Position numbers and translations under genes: made by a program. Shown here piece after piece: positions 53,820 to 64,000 of a DNA stretch of 64,000 nt. Location: NCBI GenBank assembly GCA_964016885.1, contig OZ024741.1, positions 337,838,001 to 337,902,000 of the forward strand, given 5' to 3'. The notes beneath the pieces are model-generated. The model saw nothing but the letters and a program-made list of their open reading frames with translations, had not been told where the DNA came from and ran no database searches. Each line of letters opens with the position of its first letter. Within the stretch, counting starts at the first letter, position 1. Source of the stretch: Eledone cirrhosa. Lineage: Eukaryota.

Positions 53820-55389
53820 ATATCATTCTCACAGAAATAGTGCTTTTCCCAATACGTGTGCAGTACCAGTCAAAACAATTTTTCGCATCTTTTGCGGAGA
53901 GGGTAAACCAGGAATCATTCTCAAATACTTTTCTGTTCCTTTCGTGTATTCCCAGTACTCCCACAATCACTGGTATTGTAATGGCCTTGAGGTGCCACAT
54001 TTTTTGATTTCAATAAGCATATCTGTATATATTCTTAGCTTGTCGAATTCATTTGCTGTGATATTGTGATCATATATAGATGCTCATATCGATCAATAAA
54101 CAGACCTTGCTATGTTGGTACAATGATATCTGGTCTATTAGCTTTTATGGTCCGGTCAGTATGTACAGCAAAGTCCCAAAGAATTGTTACTTTTTCTCCT
54201 TCAGTTACAGCCTCAGGGTGATGATTGTACCACTTGTCAGCAGCTTTGATTTCATAATGCCGATATATTACCCAGTGTAGATATTGGCCAACTCTGTCAT
54301 GTCTATATTTGTACTCTACTGGGGCTAACATTTTACATCCAGAAACTGAGTGGTCCACTGTTTTTACCTCAGCATTGCAGAATTGGCACTTTGGATTTAT
54401 TCCATTTCTCATACTTTGGCTTGGTAGTTCCTTGTCAGTAAGCTTTGATCTTGGGCAGCTAAGATGAAGCCTCGCTCTCTGCTCTGTTTTTGCCATTAAT
54501 TTTATGTGCTTAGCAGCATCAGTTGCAACAGATTTCTTAGTCTGTGCAACCTGGGCATCTAATTTAATTGAGCTTGAGTTAACAAGCTTCCCCTTCTTGA
54601 ACGTGGCTTTGGCACACTTATCAAGTCCAAATGCCATCCTGATGTCATCACTAAATGTTTTCACTGCCTCCAAAAGGCCTTCCAGCTCGTCATTGCCTTT
54701 GCAATATAACTTTAAATTTGATGTAAGGGATATTAAAGCTATGCAATAAAGTAAGGGTGAAAGTGAGTCACCTTGGAAAATGCCATAGTTGATGTTTATA
54801 TTCTTAGAACTTAGTACTCCATTGGAATGAAATAATTGGAGATTTGTGTTCCACAATGATGTGATTTCAGAATCCATCAGTGCGGTATGTTGTCAAAAGC
54901 TTTTTTGTAATCAATCCATGCAGAACTGATATTTCTGCATTTATTATGACAGTTTTCAAGGATCATACGATTAATCAAGAGTTGATCTTTGCAACCATAT
55001 TAACCTTGTCAGCACCCTTTTTGTTCAATAGAGAAAAGATTGTTCTCCTCCAAAAACACGTATGCTTTCTCCATGAGAATAAAGGTTAATAGCTTATAAG
55101 TAGTGGGCAAGTAGGTTATGGGCCGATAGTTTTTTGGATCCTTAGTATCATTTTTCTTTGGGAGAAGGTAATTAATGCCACTTGCTATCCAGGTGTATTT
55201 TTTGGATCTTTCATAATTCCGTTGAACAGCTTGACTAAAATATTGTGAGTGCACATGAGTGAGGAAAGTCAGATATTTGGCACCCTGTCTCTACCAGATT
55301 TCCACTTATGAGCTTTATTGAGTGGCATCTTTAAGTCTGTTATATAGATGTCTTCCCATGCCTGTTCTTGTAAATTTGTGTAGGACTTA
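53820..55389 (-). mobile_element. internally deleted R4/Dong-like non-LTR retrotransposon
   Basis: NYRPIT, GIFQGDSLSPLL, CQFC..H...C, RHDRV and ILWDFAVHTDRTIKANRPDII. Confidence 0.78.
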
Positions 55390-55403
55390 CTATTATTATT
55401 ATT

Positions 55404-58400
55404 GAAGGTGAAGCCACGCTTGTTATCGCCTCCAGTTTTTTTCAACAGTTTACCTCGTTTTCAACCGTTCTAAACCTTTTATTTAAGTTTTAAACTTGAT
55501 AAAAGTTTAGAAAAGGAAGGAAGACGGCCAAAATGTTATCTCTGTGGGTCAAAGGGTCGCCTTTTGCCCGCAGAAGACAGCGAAGAAGAAGGCCCCTCTC
55601 CTTCCAATACCGTCCGCTGCTACCAAGAGCAGTGCAGGCAACAAACGCAGAAGCCCCTTCCACAGTGAGTAGGAGGGCAACGTCCGTGGCACCCGTACCA
55701 AGGCCACGGACAACTAAAGCATCAGTGGCGGAAACACCACTAGCTACATTTGTAGTAGCTGCATCAGCAACAAAATTGCCGGAGAGGTCTCCACTACCAC
55801 CACCAACAGCCGTGGAGCACATACTCCCAGACGCCACGGAATCCGACATGGAGTCTGAGGTGAGAGTGAAGTAGCAAACGGTCTGCCATAAAAAAACAAA
55901 AAAAACAAAAAACCCTTAGCTTCACCCTCCAAAAGCGAAGGCACACAAAGAGGGGTAAAGGCTGCAAGGAGACTTGCAGCAACACCACCATCATCACCAT
56001 CACCACCATAAACACCACTGCCAACAACAACCACACCACCACCAGCAACACCAAAAACACCAACAAAACACACACACCCAACAGCAACAACAAGAAAACA
56101 GCAACAAAATCACCCCTCCGCCAAAAAGTATACAGCCATAAAAATGGCAAATTAAAGAACTCATACAACATATAAAGCAGCACACAGACATCACAGAAAA
56201 AAACTACTACACCACACCAACACCAAGAACTCTCCCGGCAAACATAAGCATCATTGAAATCAAAATAGAACAGTACAAACTTTTAAAACAAAAATTCCCC
56301 AACGCAGTTGGAGACTTCAGAGGGCCGGTTACCAAGAGGATATACACTGACATCCTCTTGGAAACACCCATGACCAGCCAAAGGGACGGTTCTACTGTCC
56401 CTTCACCACACGGCCAAGGTAAGTGACTCTTTCTCACTTGCCCCGTTTCTCATCCAACATAGCCATACTTAGAATAGGCAGTATAAATGCACGTCGCTTG
56501 GGGTCATCTTGGAAGCAGGGTCACCTGCTCAACGATCTCAGGTCACTAAACATAGATGTTGTGGCTATCAGCGAGACCAGAATCTCCGAAGCACGAGCCT
56601 TCGCACTGATCTTCGGCGGCTACGATGTATATGAATCTCCCAGCCGTCCAGGATTGGGGGGAGGGGTTGCCGTCCTTTTCCGGGGAGGCTTGGATCTCGC
56701 CATACGAGCCATCTTCCTGAACCCAGAAGTCGGTGGTGCTGGATGAGACCGGCAGCAAAGGCAATGCTTTCAGGATAGTAGTCGTCTACGCCCCAGCTGG
56801 GGCAGGACAGCTAGATTTCTTCAGACGTTTAGAGACCTTTCTTGGAACGTCCCGCTCTTTAATGTTAGTGGGTGACTCGAATGATATCTTGGATGCACAC
56901 TGGGATTGTGTGGGTTAGTGGATAGGGGAGGAGGGTGCAAGAGCCTCACCAACCTGCTCAGGCGTTTTGAACTGTCTGACAGGTATCGAGTGGATCACCC
57001 GAATGTGCCAATGTGGACATGAACAAACCGCATCGGGTCAGCCAGATCATATCTCGATAGGGTATTCTGCAGAGAACTAGATAAGGCTAGTATAAGTTGT
57101 CCACAATTTAAAATAGTTGACTACACAGACCACAAATTTGTGATCTGTGAGATCGACATAGACAGACTTCATAAACAAGGATCCGGTTACTGGAAGCTGA
57201 ACGCGTCTTTCCCGGCGCGCAAAGCCTACAGAGACTGGATTAGCGTATTAGTTAAGCGGGCGTTGACGGGAGCGGTCGTCAACAACAGGTAGTGGTTCGC
57301 CCTGAAAAGGGCAATTAAAGTAGAGTCGATTAGGTTTAGCAAAGAACTAGTGATAGAGGAAAATAGAGTAGAGGGAGAGCTAGTCAGAGAGCTAGAAGAG
57401 GCGTTTAGGACAGGCATCGCAACCGACGTGCTTGCGGCGAGATTGGCACTCGACCAATTCTTCAACGTAAAACACGAAGGCTGCGTTGTCAGAGCTAGAG
57501 CACGTGTTCTGAAATACGAGGGGACAAAAGCCGTTCCATGGGCCCAGGTGGCAGAGGTGCGACGTGGCAACAAAGCCACAATTCGGTCTTTGTCTGCCCA
57601 AAACGGGTGCGTGTTGCTCGAACCCAAGCAGATGTGTGAGGCTTTTCAGCAGCACTTTGCTGAACTGTTCGGGAGCAGCGGCGGGCCGGATCGGGGTATG
57701 GACTTCAGTGCATACCTCGACGGACTGCCTCGGCTCTCGACACTGCAGCATAGTGTTGCGAAAAGCCAATAACAGCCGGTGAAATATGGGAAGCGATGGC
57801 TAACTGCACGAGGAGTAAATCGCCAGGTTTCGATGGTCTGCCCTACAAGCTTTATGCATTTATGGCAGACTTGTTCAGTGACCTCTTGGCAGACGTCTAC
57901 TGCAACTGGCAGCAGAACGGGAGCATTCCAAGTTTTGTGAGCCGGGAAGCAGTGGTGCTGCTGAGAAAAGACCCGAACAAGAGGGATGTTATCGATAACT
58001 TCAGGCCCATAACCCTGCTAAACGCAGAGTTCAAGATTTTGGCCAAGGTGTTAGCAATAAGGTTGGCGCTTGTCGTCAAGGGTCTGGTGGGAGAGGCGCA
58101 GACATACGCCATTCTGGACAGATCCATACACGACAACCTCCACCTCATGCGATACATCATAGAGAGTGTGGTTAAAGGACCTGGCACGGGTGGCGCCCTG
58201 ATCAACTTGGATCAATCCAAAGCATTCGATAGGGTCGACCATCGGTACCTGGCGGCGGTCCTCGAGGCAGCCGGTTTCTGGCCAGTTTTCAGGGGTTGGA
58301 TCGCTTAGATGTACGGCGGCATCTGCTCAGTTGTGAGGGTGAACGGTCACCTGTTGCAGCCGTTCAGCATCATGCGCTCGGTTCGCCGGGGCTGTCCCCT

Positions 58401-60178
58401 CTCGTCCCTCTTGTACGTATTGGCTCTCGAGCTGTTACTACACAAACTGGGGGTGATGAGGGGCGTCCCACGTGAACTAGGATGCGGGAAATACGAGTCG
58501 GCTTACTCTGACGACGTCACCGTGGTGGTGTCGAGCACCAGACACGTCCAGATGCTCGGCACCGCTCTCAAGGAATATGAAGCAGTGACAGGAGCAAAGA
58601 TAATCCAGGAAAGGTTGGTGGGCTTGCAGCTTGGCACCTGGAGAGGAAAATCCATGACATCCGACAGCGCCGTGGGGCGTTGGACGTACGGACCGGTTAA
58701 ATAGCTCGGCGTCTGGTGCGGACCGGACCTCCAGATGGAGAAAAACTGGAGCGAGGTGACGAGCAGGGTGGCCTCCCTCACCCAGAAATGGGCTGAGAGG
58801 AAGCTGTCCCTGAAAGGTCGGGCGGAGGTGGCGAATGCGTACATCGCATCCGTCATCTGCTACCGCCTCACCGTCGTCCCTTGCGCCGGCCCAACTCTCA
58901 CCAAAATGGAGCGCCTCCTCTCCCGCTTTTTGTGGAAGGGACGTGCTCCCATGGACGATCCATCTGCTGTCAACACCCGTTGCGTGGAGGACTGGGCATG
59001 CCATGGCTGATGATGCGCAAACATGCGCTGAGGCGGCGACATCTCTGGTGCTTCCTTGATGGTGAACAGGTGTGGTCACCCTTCGCCAGGCACATTTTCC
59101 CACAGCTCGTCTCCTTGACGGAGTTGCAGTCCTGGGTCAGGAAAAGACCGAGGGATAGCGCTTGGAAACTGGAATGTCTCCAGGTGCTCACCGCCCTCTG
59201 CCAGCTAGGCACCAGTATCGGTGGAACATCCACCTCGGTGTTCTATAGAGGACTAGTGGAGGAGAAGAGCGACAACGTTCTCGGAGAGATCCTGGGCGTC
59301 GAAGAAGATCAGCTGTTTGCTCTCTTCCGGAGTACTTTCAGCCCAGGGCCTATGGATAACTTCCAAAAAACCCTGGCCTGGCAGTGCTACCGGGGAGCGC
59401 TGCTGGTTCGAGATAATCTCTACAGGCACGGAAGTGTCGTCAGCCGAGCCTGTCCGAGATGCGCGCAGAGTGACGAAACCGTCGTGCACTCGTTCAGTGC
59501 CCGAGCATTGCTGACTTGTGGAGCTATGTCGAACAGTTGCTGTCGCGTGTAGGACTGATCCGGTTATCGACTGATTCCATTGTGCAGATGGTCTCGCCGT
59601 CTTCCTTCGAGGAGGAAGGGCAGGCGGTTTTCATCTGCCTGGTGGCCATGGCGAAAGAGATTGTGTGGTGGACAAGGTTAAAAGGGTTAAAGACAGACAC
59701 TTTCCTCTTCGGCGAATCCCTAATTAACTTTTTCAAGTTTCATTTGAAGAGGAAAATTAGGGTGGAGAGGCAAGTGCTGCCTTCTAGCAAGTTTGTTGAA
59801 AGGTGGGTGAATGTAGCGAGAATGGTCCAAGTGAACGAGACCGCTCTGAATATACGTCTGTAGTTTGAGAGATGGAAAAATTGAGAGAGGGCGCTTGCCC
59901 TGGTGGTCAGGGTGGCCGTGGTCTTTTGTGTGGTTTTCGCCACAAGTAACCCTCGGAGGTTTCCCCCCTATTGGGGAATTTTTCATTGTTTCAATTTTCA
60001 TTTTTATTGTTTATATATATATATGTTTCTATGTCCTTTTTTTTCTTTTCTTATATAAATAATAATAATATTTACACGCACAAAACCCACATCGTACTGT
60101 CCTGTACCGTCTGTAATATTTTTCTTGATGTCAGCCCTTGTGGCCAATAAAGAAATCATTATTATTATTATTATTATT
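55404..60178 (+). mobile_element. Tx1/L1-like LINE, copy 1, decayed
   Basis: APE motifs (SINAR, SET, VYAP, YLDR, TDH) about 56460-57200; RT (FRPITLL, DQSKAFD, YSDD) 57796-58704; C-terminal CPRC; aataaa at 60146; (ATT)n at both ends; several stops and frameshifts. Confidence 0.9.
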
Positions 60179-60389
60179 GGCGACCTACGTAGTAAATCGT
60201 ATCATCGTGAGCTCCGCAAAGGTTTGTTATTTCCGTTTGTTAAAAATTGCCATTTATGGAAAATTTTTTATTGTTAACCATATATAAGCGCACATACATT
60301 GTTTTCCGAAAAGGACACCCAAAAAGATTGGGGCCTTGTACCCAAAATTTTAACTTTTATTATTATCCAAAAATTTCTTTGAAAAAAAA

Positions 60390-62517
60390 ATGGCTAATTC
60401 CCCTCTGCACGAAGCAGCTGAAAGCCTTCCTCACAAAATAACACCTCACACCGACACCACCATTGTAAATGTTACTACGTTTGCCAACACAAAAAAAAAT
60501 ATAAGCAGTAGCAATATTTTAAATTTGTCTCAGGCAGACATTCATTTCCCGCCATTACCAATGACTGCAGGTGTTAAAGCCTCCACCACCACCACCACCG
60601 CGACAACCACCACCCCCACCACCACCGCGACAACAGAAACAAAAGAAGAAAAAAATAAATTAACTCGTGATGTCGAAATGAAATCAAGCAAAATGGACTC
60701 TTCCGCACCAAAGACGACTGACGTCACCACCACCACAACTGAAACTAAAATTAATATTAACACAAATAACGATAGCAACAACAACAACAATGACATTATA
60801 AAACCGACCCTCAGTTTCGCCATAGTAGCAAAACAGTTCGAAGCATTCACGGTAACTCAAGAGGATTTAGAAAATGCCAAACAAATGGTAAAGAAAGATG
60901 GGTACAGGGTCAGCCTCACCCCCCACCTAATAAAATGGAGCATCGGCGCCTATGCACCGTGTCGTATAGAACAATAAATGTAAAATCGCGCCGAGTGGAA
61001 CGGGCATCCGAGTCCCAAATCCAAAAAGCTTTGGGACATGTGTGGGCAAGAAAAACCCACATCAGACGTGGGCAAAAGTATGGAACCGTGGATGTGTTCT
61101 TTGAAACACCAGAGGAGGCTAGAGAACACTCCATGGCCCCATTAAAAAGTGACGACTTCACACTCGTCCCAAGCTATTGTAGCCAGAGACTCGTAAAGAT
61201 CAGGGTGACCCACGTTCCACCGGCCATCGAAATTCCCTGGCTAATAGCGGCTGTCCTCGCCGGCATCGAAGCCAACACGAAAATAATAGCAATAGCAAAA
61301 GAAAAGCAGGAAAACTGGTCCGGATCTGGGATGGAGCTCCTAATCCAAGCGGACCAAAAAAGCATTGAGGAGATCCCAGAGGTAATAGACCTCACTGACG
61401 GCAGCCACCTCACGGTAATTGTCGAGGGCAGAAGACCTAGGTGTGTCGTTTGTGGTGAAGGAACCCACCTAAGGGCTTTCTGCCCTCAGGCTAAAAGGTT
61501 GAGGCCACCTCTCCTACTCACCCCAGTGACACAACCATCAACACCACCAGTAGCAGAGATGGCAGCAACAACTGTAGCAGCAACAACAGAAGCAACTATA
61601 ACAGCAACAACCCCAGCAACAGTAGCAAAACCAACACCACTACCACCACCAGCAAAACCAACACCACCACCACCCAACGCTTCAGAACTAGCACCAGCGC
61701 CTACACCATCCACCACACCACAACCAAAACTAACGGCTGTGGAGGATTTTCCACTCCCCGGCCTATCACAACTGGAGACAGATTGTGACGACGAGGAGTG
61801 GGAAACGATATCCGGAAAAAAAAAAGAAACCAAAAAAGAAAAAATTCTCTTCCTTCCCCCTCCAAAAACAAAATACAGAGGGAAACAAATAAACTAAGAA
61901 ACAAAAAAGTTAGGACAGATATGCCACCATCCACACCAGCATCACCAACCCCATCAACCCAAACACCAACACCATCACCATCATTAACTCCAACACCACC
62001 ATCACCTACACCACAAAAGCCACCAAAATGCGAAACAGAAACAAACCCACAACAAACGCAAACAAAACAAAACAACCAAAACGATACACACTACACAGCA
62101 TTAAATTTGAACAACAAGCAATTATTACACTACATCCAACACAACACCAGCATCACAGAAAAAGACTACACAACAACCCCAAAATTCACACCACCTCCAC
62201 ACATACAAATCACTCGCATCACACAGAAAACGTACATGACACTAAAACAAAAATTCCCCAAAGACATCGGAGACTTCCGACAAGCACTCTCCAGGAGGAT
62301 TTATAAGGACATCCTTCCTGAGGAGGCCACAAGCAGTGAAAAGGATGGAAAAACCGTCCTTCCCCTACGAGAAGTAAGGTATGTGGTCTTTCCCATCTTT
62401 TCCACTCCTTTTCAACATGACCTCAATCAGAATAGGCAGCATAAATGCGCGTGGCTTGGGGTCGTCATGGAAGCAGGGCCACCTGCTCAACGACCTCAGG
62501 TCACTAAACATAGATGA
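60390..62517 (+). pseudogene. LINE ORF1 with CCHC knuckle, in three frames
   Basis: CVVCGEGTHLRAFC knuckle and Pro/Thr-rich tract; shifts near homopolymer runs at about 60920 and 61820. Confidence 0.7.
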
Positions 62518-64000
62518 AGTGGCCATCAGCGAGACCAGAATCTCCGAAGCACAGGCTTTCGCACCGATCTTCGGCGGCTACGATGTGTACGCATCTCCCA
62601 GCCGTCCGGGATCGGGGGAAGGAGTTGCTGTGCTTTTTCGGAGAGGTTTGGATCTTGCCATACGGGCCATCTTCCTGGACCCAGAAGGTAAGTTGGTGGT
62701 GCTGGACGTGACCAGCGGAGACGGGCAAGCTTTCAGGTTAGTGGCCGTCTATGCCCCGACAGGAGCAGGGCAGCCTGATTTCTTCCGGCGTCTGGAGACC
62801 TTTCTTGGAACGTCCCGCTCTTTAGTGTTAGTGGGCGACTGGAACGGGATCTTAGATGCACGCTGGGATTGTGTGGGATTAGTGGATAGGGAAGGAGGGT
62901 GCAAGAGTCTCACCAACCTGCTCAGACATTTTGAACTGTCTGACAGGTACCGAATGGATTTCCCGAATGTACCAATGTGGACTTGGACAAATCGCATAGG
63001 GTCATCCAGATCATATCTAGATAGAGTATTTTGTAGGGAAATAGATAGGTCTAGCATAGGCTGTCCACAATTCAAGATAGTCAGCTACACGGACTACAAA
63101 TTCGTGATCTGTGTGCTTGACTTAGATAGGCTTCATAGGCGAGGACCCGGCTACTGGAAGCTAAACGCGTCCTTACCAGCGCGCAAGGCCTACAGAGACC
63201 GGATTAGCGAACTAGTTAAGCGGGCGTTGACGGGGGCCATCGTCAACAACAAGTGGTGGTTTGCTCTGAAAAGAGCAATTAGAATAGAGTCTATTAGGTT
63301 TAGTAAGACTTTAGCAATAGAGAAAAATAGAGCAGAGGGAGAACTAGTTAGAAAATTAGATGAGGCGCTTAGCAAAGGCATCGCGACCGACGTACTTGCG
63401 GCGAAATTGGCCCTTGACCAATTCTTCAATGCAAAGCACGAAGGCTGCGTTGTCAGAGCTAGGGTGCGTGCTCTCAGACACGAGGGGACGAAAGCCGTTC
63501 AATGGGCCCGAGTGGCGGAGGCGCGTCGTGGCAACAAAGCCACGATCCGGTCTTTGGTGGACCACGACGGGCGCATGCTACTCGATCCCGGGCAAATGTG
63601 TGAAGCTTTTCAGCGACACTTCGCTCAACTGTTCGGGGGCAGTGGCGGGCCGGATCGAGAGATGGACTTTAGTGTCTACCTCGACGGAATGCCGCGGCTT
63701 TTGGCCACTGAGGCGGAGTGTTGCGAAAAGCCGATAACAACCGCTGAAGTACGGGATGCAATGACTAGTTGCACAAGGGGTAAATCGCCTGGTTTGGATG
63801 GTCTGCCCTATGAACTTTACGTACAAATGCCAAACTTGTTCGGAGGCCTCTTGGCGGACGTCTACTGCAACTGGCAACAGAACGGGAGAATTCCCAGCTC
63901 TGTGAGCCGAGGAGCGGTGGCGCTGCTGAGAAAGGATCCGAACAAGGGGGATAACATAGATAATTTTAGGCCCATAACTCTGCTAAACACAGAGTTCAAG
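62417..64000 (+). CDS. LINE ORF2 (APE endonuclease and start of RT), partial
   Basis: ATG at 62417 (MTSIRIGSINARG) is in frame with FRPITLLNTEFK at the window edge, and the ORF track shows no closed ORF in this frame. The endonuclease TDH motif reads TDY. Confidence 0.8.
   Translation, partial: MTSIRIGSINARGLGSSWKQGHLLNDLRSLNIDEVAISETRISEAQAFAPIFGGYDVYASPSRPGSGEGVAVLFRRGLDLAIRAIFLDPEGKLVVLDVTSGDGQAFRLVAVYAPTGAGQPDFFRRLETFLGTSRSLVLVGDWNGILDARWDCVGLVDREGGCKSLTNLLRHFELSDRYRMDFPNVPMWTWTNRIGSSRSYLDRVFCREIDRSSIGCPQFKIVSYTDYKFVICVLDLDRLHRRGPGYWKLNASLPARKAYRDRISELVKRALTGAIVNNKWWFALKRAIRIESIRFSKTLAIEKNRAEGELVRKLDEALSKGIATDVLAAKLALDQFFNAKHEGCVVRARVRALRHEGTKAVQWARVAEARRGNKATIRSLVDHDGRMLLDPGQMCEAFQRHFAQLFGGSGGPDREMDFSVYLDGMPRLLATEAECCEKPITTAEVRDAMTSCTRGKSPGLDGLPYELYVQMPNLFGGLLADVYCNWQQNGRIPSSVSRGAVALLRKDPNKGDNIDNFRPITLLNTEFK

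Larger units (their letters stand above)
60179..64000 (+). mobile_element. Tx1/L1-like LINE, copy 2, running off the window
   Basis: Starts right after the (ATT)n tail of copy 1; ORF1 pieces and an ORF2 homologous to copy 1. Confidence 0.9.

Overview
AT-rich animal genomic DNA; a cephalopod (Octopus-like) origin is my inference from the repeat landscape. Much of the window is long, impure (TA)n or (CA)n microsatellite, which explains the many spurious YIYI, CVCV and HTHT ORFs. Between these tracts lie several Penelope-like elements (PLEs; RT plus C-terminal GIY-YIG) with direct or inverted pseudo-LTRs, an RTE LINE with a PHD finger inside its RT, CRE-like and R4-like fragments, two tandem Tx1/L1-like LINEs, a Helitron-like element and a hAT fragment. 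The only host-type genes are two intronless effector-type caspases in a ~6.9 kb tandem duplication, one open and one frameshifted; a third related locus lacks the caspase cassette. The main unannotated signal is RNA structure. I found about 11 families (about 28 copies) of type I hammerhead ribozyme motifs by eye. They include a non-coding 310-bp unit repeated about 6 times behind an inverted copy (42739-44926) and a 485-bp dimer (23958-24892); both look like retrozymes copied from circular RNA. All alignments and folds were done by eye and are not computed.
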